From assembly GCF_009914755.1 (NCBI RefSeq), contig NC_060947.1: a stretch of 64,000 nucleotides of DNA. One strand, 5' to 3'. The position numbers and the translations under genes are program-made. The notes under the pieces were generated by a model. It was given only the letters and a program-made list of their open reading frames with translations, was not told the DNA's origin and did no database searches. Positions 1 through 11,609 of the stretch are shown here, piece after piece (within the stretch, counting starts at the first letter, position 1; each line of letters opens with the position of its first letter). Origin of the DNA: the human T2T-CHM13v2.0 reference genome, Homo sapiens.

Positions 1-119
1 AGTTAATCTGAAGTTTTTGTTTATATGACCAATACATGACCATTTGTGCAAATATTAGTTTTAAGTTATTTGGGATCATATATCATTACCCAAGTTTCAA
101 GGAGATAACAATTATAAAA

Positions 120-290
120 ACATCTGGACTGAGAATGAAAGCTTCTCAGCCCTAGTCTTGATTTTGCCATAAACTGGATATGCGAACACAGCTAATAATC
201 TGAACATTTTTTGGATCAAATCTCATTCTAAAATGAGGGAGTTGGACTACTGGATAATCTTTAGGGTGTCTTCTGGCACTCTGAGTGTGT
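120..290 (+). mobile_element. Degenerate MIR-family SINE fragment
   Basis: 'tctcattctaaaatgagggagttggactactggataatctttagggtgtcttctggcactctga' resembles the MIR3/MIRc core and 3' end; boundaries approximate. Confidence 0.5.
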
Positions 291-1475
291 CAGAGATCAT
301 ATTTGGTAATTATTAATACAGAAAATTCAACTTAGTGAACTGTACCACCAGGCTTTTCCAGAAGTAATATTATGTGATGGCTAAAATACTGAAGGCAAAT
401 TTTCTTCTGGCTACCACACATATGGGTTCTACTAACTGGAGCAATAGCTTAGGCTTTGATTCTAAGACAGTACCAAAACCAGTTTAAAATTAACTATCCC
501 ATTGTCATGCTCAGCTAGAGAAAAAAAGGCTGGCAAACCAGATTTACTAGTTTCTTTCTCTACAAAAAAAAATTGACAAATTACATAAGTTGCATGATTA
601 CAGAAATGTTAGCTAAAATTGAAAGTTAAAAACAGAAATTAAGACCAGAAATACCATTGTCCCATCCATTTAAAAAATAGAATGAATAAAAAACTTTGAC
701 ATTCTTAAAGGAAACAAAATGTGAAGTGGAATAAGTGAGAGCAACACTACACAGAAGAATGTTGCTACACTGCCGCTTAGTGGTAGCCATGTGAAACTAA
801 GTTGAGTGAAGATGAGTCAAAAACTAGTCTATTAATGAATTACTGGTAGCTCTTACTTCAGAGAATAGGTTAATTCTAGTAGTGTTGCATAAAACAAAGT
901 TAGATCAAGAGGACAGTATTTTACCAGTGTTTGAGTTATAAAACTAAAAATATAGTCTCATGGAAAGTGCTTTGGCAAGTGGACATAAAATTATAATTAA
1001 GAATGAAACATAATTTAAGTATTTTCAAAGGAAAATAAGTCTTAAAGCAACAAAATAAACATCTTCTACTCAAAAGTCACAAAACTATAACAGTGAAGTA
1101 AACATGCAAAATGTAACTGTAATTTTTACCTCAAAATATTTATTTCCAACATGCAGGCAATAATCTGTGAAATAAAGATAGCTAAAAATATTTTTTTACC
1201 AGAGTCTTTAACTTGTTTCATATCTCCTTAACACTATTTTTATATATAAAATATTTACATTGATTTATTGCACACTTTAAGACTTAAAGCTTACTGGTAT
1301 ATCTGTAGTGTATGTATATCTACTGATTCTTGTTTACACATACCCAATTCACCCTTTCTAATTACCAGGAAGTCATGATACTCAATATAGAAATTATAGG
1401 ACCTCCTCAAAATGTTACCAAAGTGGTTGACTCAAAATGTGAAGGTATGAAAGAGGTCATAATGTTAAGTGTAAT

Positions 1476-1860
1476 TGTATTAGTCCGTTCTCACATTGCT
1501 ATAAAGAACTGTCTGAGACTGGGTAATTTATAAAGAAAAGAAGCTTAATTGCTCATGGTTCTGCAGGTTGTACAGGAAGCACGGCTGGGGAGGCCTCAGG
1601 AAACTTACAATCATGGTGGAAGGCAAAAGGGAAGCCAGCAAGTCCTACATGGCTGGAGCAAGAGGAATAGAGAGCAAAGGAGGAAGTGCTACATACTTTT
1701 AAACAACCAGATCTCATAAAAACTCAGTCACTATCATGAGAACAGTAAGGGAAAAATTCACCCCTATGATCTAATCACCTCCCACCAGGTCCCTCCCCCA
1801 ACACTGGGGATTTCAATTCAACATGAGATTGAGGTGGGGACACAGAGCCAAACCATATCA
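1476..1860 (-). mobile_element. MaLR solo LTR (MSTA-like)
   Basis: tgtattagtcc...aaaccatatca termini typical of MST/THE1; exact 5-bp TSD GTAAT at 1471-1475 and 1861-1865. Confidence 0.92.
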
Positions 1861-2111
1861 GTAATTTACTGAAATGTTTTGACATTGCATCTAAGATGTC
1901 AAAACATAATAGAAAAAATAAATAAATTGATTGATTAAAAAGCTTATAAATAAAAAGAAAAGAAAGAGTCTATTTTTTGTCTGGCCACAAAGTTTCAAAA
2001 ACAAGAGCCTGGACTTGGCAGCAGATATGTCTGCTGCTCTGTGGGAAAAATGTAGAGCATTGTAAAAAAAAAAAAAAAAAAAAAAAAGTAAAGCATTGTT
2101 TGAAAGTAATT

Positions 2112-2117
<6 letters not shown>

Positions 2118-2158
<41 letters not shown>
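2118..2158. repeat. (GA)n microsatellite
   Basis: About 20 uninterrupted GA units. Confidence 0.97.
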
Positions 2159-2163
<5 letters not shown>

Positions 2164-3302
2164 AAGTATCCTGAAAGCATTATATTCCCTCGTTTGAGTC
2201 AGGTTCAAATTTTGGACATGTGGCTTCAACACATTTTTTGGATTATGTGAATTATACCAGTTTCTAGCTAATAACTCTACTTATTTTTTTAAAGTTTGGG
2301 CTAGATTACTGTTGCTAGCTTTTTTGACTCATTCTGAAGTATGTAGTGTATATATGCTATTTTATGTCTATTATCAATTCTAGTTCTGATAATAATCACC
2401 CTTACTCCAACAGAAGTGGATCTGTAGCCCCAAATAGTTTGAGAATGTTTATTTACTGAATTTTTGAAACTGTTTTTCTCTATGTTTACAAAGTTGTGAG
2501 GTTAGCCTAGAAGCTGCCTAAGATTATCCTCCCTTCCATACAGGCAAGAGATTCCTAAAACCATTTAAAGTGCTAAATCCAGTTATCCTTAAGACAAGAT
2601 CTTCCAGTGACCTAATCACAACTTGCTTAAGTTACTTTAAGTTAGGTTTCTGTTACAGCAATCAAAGGAATCCTTAATAAATGGAGCCTTCTGACTGATA
2701 ACATAAAATTTTGCTCAAACATCTTGAAGGGAAAGAGTTAATATAGCATGTATATTATATGAAACAGCTCATTTGTGCTTAAGAATGATTAGCTTCAATC
2801 TGTGGGGAAAAATATGGCAGATTTCCTTTTTATTTCAATCAACTAAAAATATGACACTGATATTTAATCCAGAACTGAACACAATAGCTACGAAATACTA
2901 GTTGGTCAATTTTTAAAAAGTTATCATGCTATTATGTTTTTAATCTACACAAATAAAATATGGATCTACTAAGTTCATTCTAGTTGTAAAAGTTTTGAGC
3001 AACAAAGAAATAGAGTAGAACACAAAAGTTCTCTGTCAATTCCCATTAATTCCTACTTTTCTTTACAGAAGAAACCAGTGCTAATAGTTTAGGATATATT
3101 ATCGTAGCCATTAATATAATCATTTGTATCTCAATAAGTCTTCATTTATTAATATATATTTAAACATGATATGCATTGCATTTTATATATTTTTTCTCAG
3201 AGGTAGACTTCACGTTGGGATGTGTGGTTACGTGGTGGCAGTTAGATAGGTGTTAACATCCTCAAATAGCAAAAAAAAAAAAAAAAAAAAAAGATTTTGA
3301 GT

Positions 3303-3596
3303 GTTGATAGTTTTTAGCTTATTTCCTTCCTGGGTAAAGTTACTATCTGTTTCTCCTCTCTATTTCTGTTGTGGAGAAAGAGATTTACTTCTGCCTTTTT
3401 TTTTCCTGATGTGTCACAACAAAATTAGAAATATTCGACACTGTGATAATTTTTGGGTTATTTTATTCCTGGTAAAGTTACTATTTGTTTCTCATCTCTA
3501 GTTCTGTTGTGGAGAATGAAATTTACTTCTGCCTTTTTTGTGTGTGTGCATTCTTTTTTCTGATGTATCACAACAAAATTAAAAATATTAGGCACT
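3303..3596. repeat. Diverged head-to-tail tandem duplication, unit about 140 bp
   Basis: 'ggtaaagttactat..gtttctc..tctcta..tctgttgtggagaa..atttacttctgcctttttt..ctgatgt..tcacaacaaaatta..aaatatt' occurs twice (about 3303-3442 and 3443-3596). Confidence 0.9.
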
Positions 3597-5375
3597 CCCT
3601 TTCTTTAGAGATGACATCTCAAGTTTATTCTGGGCACAAATAACAACGCTGCCACTAACAACATTTTTTGCATATGGGGTAATGAGAGTGGAAGTGTAAT
3701 AGGAAAATGGCCATACATGGTTCTGAAAGTAAATGCTTAATCACTGCTTAACATCTATTTGTTTTCAGTTTGGAACCTTGCTATGTCTCTCCATGAAATA
3801 CTGTCGCTTCTTTCAGAAAATGAATAAAATCTCATACACAAAGGAATTTTGAAATCGGGGAAATAAACACATGAATAAAAAAAGACCAGTAGTTAGAGGG
3901 TACAAATTTGCATTAAGGGTTCTAAGTTCTTTGCATTGTTTAGGACTTACACACAGATATATACACAGACATTATTTTAAATAGCTTCAAAAAATCATAA
4001 TAAAATTTAGAAAATATGTTGAAATTAATAAAAATTTAACATATAAAACAATGAGATATAGCTAAAGTCATGCTTGGAGGTAAATATATAGCCTTAAATT
4101 CATATATTAGACAAGAAGAAAGATTGGAATTTAATAATCTAAATAGTCATTTCAATAATTTGGAAAATACAACAGTTAAGCCAAAATCCAGTAAAAATAA
4201 GATTTTTATTTTATAATTTTTATTAACAATAAAAATTAAGATCAGAAGCTACTGAACTACAAAACATACGCCAAGGAGTTTTAAAATTCAGAAGTTTTTT
4301 CTTTAAAAATAATTGATAATTACCTTTACTTAATAAAGTAATTATCAAGATAAAGAAAAAAAGATAAAATGACAATTTTAGGAATGTGACTGATCATGCA
4401 GACATTAAAAGATGAGAGGATATTAACAACATTGGGAATACATTTAAACATTCAGATAAAATTAATAAATATCTTGAAAACTGTACTATACATGACTGAC
4501 ACAAGCACACAGAATGTCTGAATAGTTTTCTATCTATTAAAAATCAATTCTGTAATTTGAAGTTTTCTACCACCAAAACTCCAGGCTTAGATGACTTCAC
4601 CAGTGAATTATTACAGACCACTAAGGAAAGAAAATGACACCAATATTAACCTAAACATTTTATGATAATAAAAAAAAATTAAGGACTTACTTTGTAATTA
4701 AAGTATGATGCCAAAATCTGACGAAAACATTACAAGAAAAGAAAAGAACATGCAAATATCTTTTAGGAACATGGAAGCAGAAATCCAAAATATATTAGCA
4801 AGTCAAATTAAATGATATATGAAAAGGTCAATATATCATAATCAAGTTTATAATAGAAATGAAAAGTTGATTTAACATTAGAAAATTAATGTAAGTCATT
4901 ATGTTAAGAGTAAGGAAAAAATGTAAGAATCTCAATAGATGCAGAAAATTTATGGGATGCAATTCAACATTCATTCATGAGCCAAATACTTAGCCACTAG
5001 AATTTCAATGGCAATTTATTAATATTTAAAAGAGTTTCTCCATAAACTTAAATATTTTTAACGATAAAATATTGAATTTTTTGTGGAATTGGCATTAGGC
5101 AAAGAGGCAAACTGTAAACTCTGTAATAATGTGAGAAAGGAGAAATGAAAAGTAAGGATTGCAAAAAGAAATAATACAGTTATTATTCACAGATGACATG
5201 GTTGTGTATTTAAAATCTGAATAAATCTGCATAAAAGATTATTAGAATTAATAGATAAATTGAGACTGCTAGCCACAAGGTCAATATACAAAAATCAATT
5301 GCATTTTATATACTAGCAACAGTTTAAAACAATGAAACAAATGGAGGAGTATAGCCTATTCATAGATTGGAAGAC

Positions 5376-5929
5376 TGTTACAGGAAAGGAGTCCAGAGTC
5401 AGACCCGAAGAGAGGGTTCTTACATCTCATGCAAGAAAGAATTCAGGATGAGTCCATAGAGTAAAATGAAAGCAAGTTTATTTGGAAAGTAAAGGAATAG
5501 AAGAATGGCTACTCCACAGACAGAGCAGCCCTGAGGGCTGCTGGTTGCCCATTTGTATGGTTATTTCTTGAAGATATGCTAAACAAGGGGTGGATTATTC
5601 CTGCCTTCCCTTTCTAGACCATATAGAGAAACTTCCTGATGTTGCCATAGCATTTGTAAACTGTCGTGGCACTGGTGGGAGTGCAGCAGTGAGGACAACT
5701 AGAGGTCACTCTCATGGCCATCTTGGTTTAGGTGGGTTTTAGCTGGCTTCTTTTCTGCAAGCTGTTTTATCAGCATGGTCTTTATGACCTGTATCTTGTG
5801 CTGACCTCCTATCTCATCCTGTGACTTAGAATGCCTTAACTGCCTGGGAATGCAGCCAAGTAAGTCTCAGCCTCATTTTACCCAGCTCCTACTTAAGATG
5901 GAGTTGCTCTGGTTCACATGCCTCTGGCA
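5376..5929 (-). mobile_element. MER41A LTR (ERV1), 3' LTR of a truncated provirus
   Basis: TG...CA termini, 554 bp; reverse-complement homologue of the MER41 LTR at 42572-43205 but lacking the segment that carries the tandem GAS motifs. Confidence 0.88.
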
Positions 5930-6152
5930 TTTCCCTTCTCCCTTTTATAAGAGAACCCTTAATCTTAAGGGTTGCAGAGGGGCAAAGATCCGTCTTCTGT
6001 AACTTCTTCAGGCGGAATAGGGGCAATGATATTCCTGCCTAACTATTAGAGTCTCTTGTATTTAGGGTAGAGAGAAACTCAGTCAGAAAGCATCAGTATA
6101 GTGAGGGTCAGTCATGACTCTTGAGTTCCGACAAAAGGTGGTATCTGGAAGA
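5930..6152 (-). mobile_element. MER41 internal 3' fragment including the polypurine tract
   Basis: Minus strand reads ATAAAAGGGAGAAGGGAAA directly before the LTR TG (PPT); the rest is non-L1, MER4-group-like internal sequence. Confidence 0.8.
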
Positions 6153-6719
6153 TAAGGATTGCAAAAAGAAATAATACAGTTTTTATTCACAGACAACATG
6201 GTTCAGTACGTAAAAATCTTTAAAAATATGCATAAAAGATTATTAGAATTAATAGATGAATTAAGTGAGACTGCTAGCCACAAGGTCCATATATAAAAAT
6301 CAATTGCATTTTATACCCTAGCAGTAGTTTTAAAAATAAAATAATGGAGGAGTATAGCCTATTCATAGATTAGAAGACTATATATTTTAATGATGTCAGT
6401 TCTTCTAAACTTCTTGGTCATATTCATCCAATCCCCATCAAAATTCTATTAGGTTTTTGTGAAAATTAACAAGATAATTTTCAAATCTATTTGGATAAAT
6501 AGAGCACCAGGAATAATATAAGTGAAGGATGAACCAACAGGTATCAAGACTCATTATATAGCTACAGTAAAGATGAGAGTGTGGGATTGAGGTGAAGATA
6601 GTCAAATAAATCATTTGAACAGTCTAGAGTTGTGAAATAGACAACACATATCTGGACAGTTGATATATGTTAAAGATGGCTCTAAAGAGCATGCATAAAG
6701 GACCATATTTTAAATAAAT

Positions 6720-7570
6720 ATGTTGACAACACTGTGGAGAAAAGTGAACCCATCTACACTGTTGGTGGGAATGTAAGCTGATGTAGCTTCTATGGAAAAC
6801 AATATGGGAGATTCCATTAAAAATTAAAAATAGAGTTGCCATTTGATCCTGTAATTCCTCTTTGGCATATATATGCCAAAAAATTGAAATCTGGATCACA
6901 AAAAGATGTCTGCAATCCTATGTTCATTGAAGCATTATTTGCAATAGCCAAGATTATTAAAACACCTAAATGTTCATTAATGGATGAATGTATAATGAAA
7001 CTGTGGTTGATACATACAGTGGAGTATAATTTGGCCTTAAAAAAGGAGGAAATATTGACATTTGTGACAATATGGATGAACCTGGAGGACATTTTGCTAA
7101 GTGAAATATGTCAGACACAGAAAGACAAGTACTGCATGATCTCACCTATGTGTGGTATATGAAACAGTCAAATCCAGAGAAGTAGAGAGGAGAATGGTGG
7201 TTTCCAGGTGCTAGCAGGATGGGAAAATGAGGCAAAGTTTATCAAAGAAGACAAAGTTGCAGTTATGCAAAATAAAAAATTCTAGAGATCTACTGTGCAG
7301 CATAGGGCCTGTGATTAATAATAATATATTGTATTCATTAAAAATTGCTAAGAGCATAGATCTCATATTGAGTGCTCTTATCACAAAAGGGGGAAAAATA
7401 AAAAAAAATTTAAATGGGGGAAACTTGTGGAAGTGGTGGTTGAATTTATTGCATTGATTGTGGTTATGGTTTTAAAGGTGTATAGTTATCTCTAAATACA
7501 TCAAGTTGCATATGTTAAATATCTAAGCCTCATATATGTCAATATTATTTAATAAAGTAGTTTAAAAACA
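6720..7570 (+). mobile_element. 5'-truncated L1MA/L1MB 3' end (ORF2 C-terminus and 3' UTR)
   Basis: ORF 6836-7162 is a degenerate ORF2 C-terminus (PFDPVIPL...MFIEALFAIAK...WMNLEDI), followed by an L1MA9-L1MB-type 3' UTR ending in aataaa. Confidence 0.85.
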
Positions 7571-8134
7571 TGAATATTGGACTCTCACACAATACACAAT
7601 AAAGCAATCCTAGGTTTACTATATGTACATAGCAAAGTTAAAACAATGAAAATTCTAGTAGTATCATAGGAGAATATCTTTTTATTATCTTGAAGTAAAT
7701 AAATATTTTATAAACAAGACAAAATAATGCTGACTATAAAAGAAACAGCTACTTTAGACCCCACTAGTAAAAATGCATTGTTCAACAAGAGTTAAAAAAA
7801 AAAGCTAAACTAAATTACAGAGTGGGAGGAGATAGTTGTAAACAATGTAATGGAAAAAAATATATCAAAAACATACAAACAATGACTGTAACTAAATAAG
7901 AAATAGACAAACAATCCAAATTAAAAAAAATAATCAAAAAGCATCAGCAGGCACTCCACAAAAGTACATAGCCAAATGGATAATAAATATGAAAAGTATA
8001 TGATTTCAACGGTTATCAGGAATATGTCACAATTAGATACCACTACAAAATTATCATAATGGTTAAAATTAAAAATGCCCATAGTGCTGAAATAGTGTTC
8101 TCATGTATTTTTGGTCTTTCTCGTGTTTTTAAGT

Positions 8135-11100
8135 TACTTTTAATTGGTACAAAATAATTTTCCAGAAGATAAAGTGTGATTTATTGATAGCTGTATACAA
8201 CGTGTCATGATCAACTTAGGATAATTAACATATATATCACCTCAAACATGTATTACTTCTTTGTGTTGGGAACATTCAAAATCCTCTTTTCTTGCTATTA
8301 GAAAATATAGAATAAATTATTGTTAATTATAGTCACCATACTTGTCAATTTTTGCTTTTTTGCAATTGTTATTTGTGTCTTTGTCATGAAATCTTTGCCC
8401 GTTCCTATGTCCAGGATGGTATTGCCTAGGCTGTCTTCCAGGGTTTTTATAGCTTTGGGTTTTACATTTAAGTCTTTAATTCATTTTGAGTTGATCTTTG
8501 TGTATGGTTTAAGGAAGGGGTCTAGCTTCAATATTCTGCATATGGCTAGCCATTTATTCCTGCACCATTTATTGACTAGGGAATCTTTTCACCATTGCTT
8601 GTTTTGGGGGTCTGATTAAACTTACCATCTTTGGCACAGCAAAATAAACCATCAACAGAATAAACAGACAATCTACAGAATGGGAGAAATTATTTGCAAA
8701 CTGTGCATCTGACAAAGGTCTAATATCCAGCATCTATAAGGAACTTAAACAAATTTATAAGAGAAAAGCAAACAACCCCATTAAAAAGTGGGCAAAGGAC
8801 ATGAACAGACACTTTTCAAAAGAAGACATACATGCAGCAAACAAGCATATATAAAAAAGCTCAATATCACTGATTATTACAGAAATGCAAATCAAAACCA
8901 CAATGAGATACCATCTAACACCAAGCGGAATGGCTATTACTAAAAGCCAAATAATAACAGATTCTGGTTAGGTTTTGGAGAAAAAGGATCACTTATACAA
9001 TCTTGGTGGGAGTGTAAATTAGTTCAACCACTGTGGAAAGCAGTATGGCAATTCCTCAAAGAGCTAAAACCAAAACTACAATTTGACCTAGCAATCCCAC
9101 TGCTGGGTATATACCCAGAGAAATATAAATTATCCTACCATAAAGACATGCACACGAATGTTCATTGCAGAACTATTCACAGTAGTGGAATCAACTTAAA
9201 TGCCTATCAGCGACAGATTAGATAAAGAAAACATGGCACATATACACCATGGAATACTATGCAGCCATGAAAGAGAACAAGATCATGTCTTTTGTGGGAA
9301 CATGAATGGAGCTGGAGGCTATTATCCTTAGCAAAATAACATAGGAACAGAAAACCAAATACTGTATATTCTCACTTATAAATGGGAGCTAAATAATAAG
9401 AACTTATGAACACAAAGAAGAAAACAATAGATAATGGGGTCTACTTGAAGGGGGAGAGTGGGAGGAGAGAGAGGAGCAGAAAAGATAACTATTTGGTACA
9501 GGGTTTAATACCTGAGCAATTAAGTAATATGTACAACAAACTCCTGTAACTTGTGTTCACCTATGTAACAAACCTTCACATGTACCTCCAAACCTAAAAT
9601 AAACGTTAAAAAATGAAAAAAAAAATAGTCTCCCTACAGTGCTCTAGAACACTAGAATTTATTCCTTTTACCTAGTTGTAACTTCCTATTTGTTAAACAA
9701 CCTATCTCTATCACCCTCATTCCCTACTCTTCCCAGCCTCTAGTCACCACTGTTCTGTTCTCTACATCTGTGACATCAACTTATTTAGCTTCCACATATG
9801 AGTGAAAACATGTGGTATTTATCTTTCTGTGCCTGGCTTACTTCACTTAACATTGTCCTCCAGGCACATCTATTTTGCCAAAAATTGCAGGTTTTCATTT
9901 TTTATGGATGAATAGTATTCCATTGTGTATATATTCCACATTTTCTTTAATTTGTTAATCTGTTGATGAACACTTAGTTTGATTACATGGCTATTGGGAA
10001 TAGTGCTGCAATAAACATGACAATGTAGATATCTCTTTGACATACTGATTTCCTCTCTTTGGATATAAACTCAACAGTGGGATTGATGGATAATATGGTA
10101 GTTCTATTTTTAGTTTTTGAGAAACCTCCATGTTGCTTCCTGTAATGGATGTACTAATTTACATTTCTACCAACAGTGTATAAGAGTTCCCTTTACTCCA
10201 CATCCTCAGCAGCATCGATTTTTTTTTTTGTCTTTTTGATAATAGCCATTCCAACTAGGGTGAGATCATATCTCACTGTGGTTTTTATTTGCATTTCCCT
10301 GGTGATTAGTGATGCTGAGCATTTTTCAACTATTCCTTTGCCATTTTCAGATCTTCCTTTAATAAATTTCTATTTAGATCATTTATACCCATTGTAGAAT
10401 CAGATTTTTATTATTTTACTGTTGTTCCAGATTCTTTGGTATTCTGGATATTAATTTTATTTCAGATGAAGAGTTTGTAAACATTTTCTCCCATTCTTTG
10501 TGTTGTCTCCTCACTCCGTTGTTTCCTTTGCTGTGCCAAAGGTTTTTAGTCTCACATAATCCTATTTGTCTATTTTTATATTTGTTGCCTGTGGTTTTGA
10601 AGTCTTATCTGTAAAATCTTTGCCCTGACCAATGTCTTGAAGCATTTCCTCTATGTTTTCTTCTAGTACTCTCACAGACTTGGGTCTTACATTCAGGTTT
10701 TTAATCCATTTTGAGTTCATTTTTGTATATGTTAAGAGAAAGGGGTGCAGTTTCAATCTTTTGCATATGGCTATCTAGTTTTTCCAGCAGTTTTTATTAA
10801 AGAGAGTGTCCTTTTCTCAGTGTAGGTTCTTGGTGCCCTTGTTGAAAATGAGATGGTTGCAAATATGTGGATTTATTTCTGGGTTTTCTATTATCTTTCA
10901 TTGGTGTATGTGTCTATTTTTAATGACAGTACCATGTTGTTGGTTACTATGGCTTTGTAGAATATTTTGAAATTAGGTAATGTGGTGCCTGTAGCTTTGT
11001 TCTATTTGCTCAGATAGGCATTGGCTTTCGGGTTTTTTTGGTTCTATGGAAATTTTATCGTTGCTTTTTCTTGTAAGAATGTCATTGGTATTTTGATAGG

Positions 11101-11490
11101 CATTGCATTAAATTTGTGGGTCACTTTGGGTATTATGGTCATTTTAACAACATTAATTCTTCCAATCCATAAATATGGGATGCCTTTTCATTTTTCTCTT
11201 CAATTTATTTCATGAGAATTATATAATTTTCATTGAGTAGATCTTTTACATCATTTGTTAAATTTATTCCTAGATATGTTATTATTTTTAGTTGGCTGTT
11301 TTAAATGGAATTATTTTCTTGACATTTCTTTTCCAGCTACTTCTCTATGCGTGTATAAAAATTTTACCAATTTTTGTATGTTGATTTTATGTCTAGCAAC
11401 TTTACTGATGCTGTTTATCAGTTCTAAGAGTGTTTTGGTGGAATCTTTAGGATTTTCTCTTTATAAGATCATGTCATCTGCAAATAAGTA
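8135..11490 (-). mobile_element. L1MA-type element (3' UTR and ORF2), split by an L1PA insertion at 8342-9624
   Basis: T-rich reverse-complement L1 sequence; ORF 10562-10756 (-) '[25 protein letters not shown]' is ORF2. Confidence 0.85.
8342..9624 (+). mobile_element. 5'-truncated, 5'-inverted L1PA14/15-like element
   Basis: 8342-~8606 is antisense ORF2, then sense ORF2 end, 3' UTR and A-tail; degenerate TSD atagtcaccatac (8329-8341) / atagtctccctac (9625-9637). Confidence 0.88.
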
Positions 11491-11609
11491 CTTTTTAAAG
11501 TTCTTACACTTATGTGTATACCATTGATGTTACCACTGATACCACATGAATAGCACTGATACCATGTGAATACCATTGATGTTAGGTTGTTAAATTAAAA
11601 TTGTCATAA

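Larger units (their letters stand above)
4000..8120 (+). mobile_element. Old, fragmented LINE-1 (L1M type) ORF2 region, interrupted by MER41 and a younger L1 3' end
   Basis: Degenerate ORF2 landmarks such as 'ctcaatagatgcagaaaa' (ISIDAEK), 'ttcacagatgacatg' (FADD box) and 'caatatacaaaaatcaattgcatt'; A-rich plus strand. Confidence 0.75.

Noticed and set aside
3181-3292. Pyrimidine tract + CAG followed by a short segment and A22, suggesting an exon or tiny retrocopy
   Set aside because: No poly(A) signal, TSD, splice donor or recognisable parent sequence
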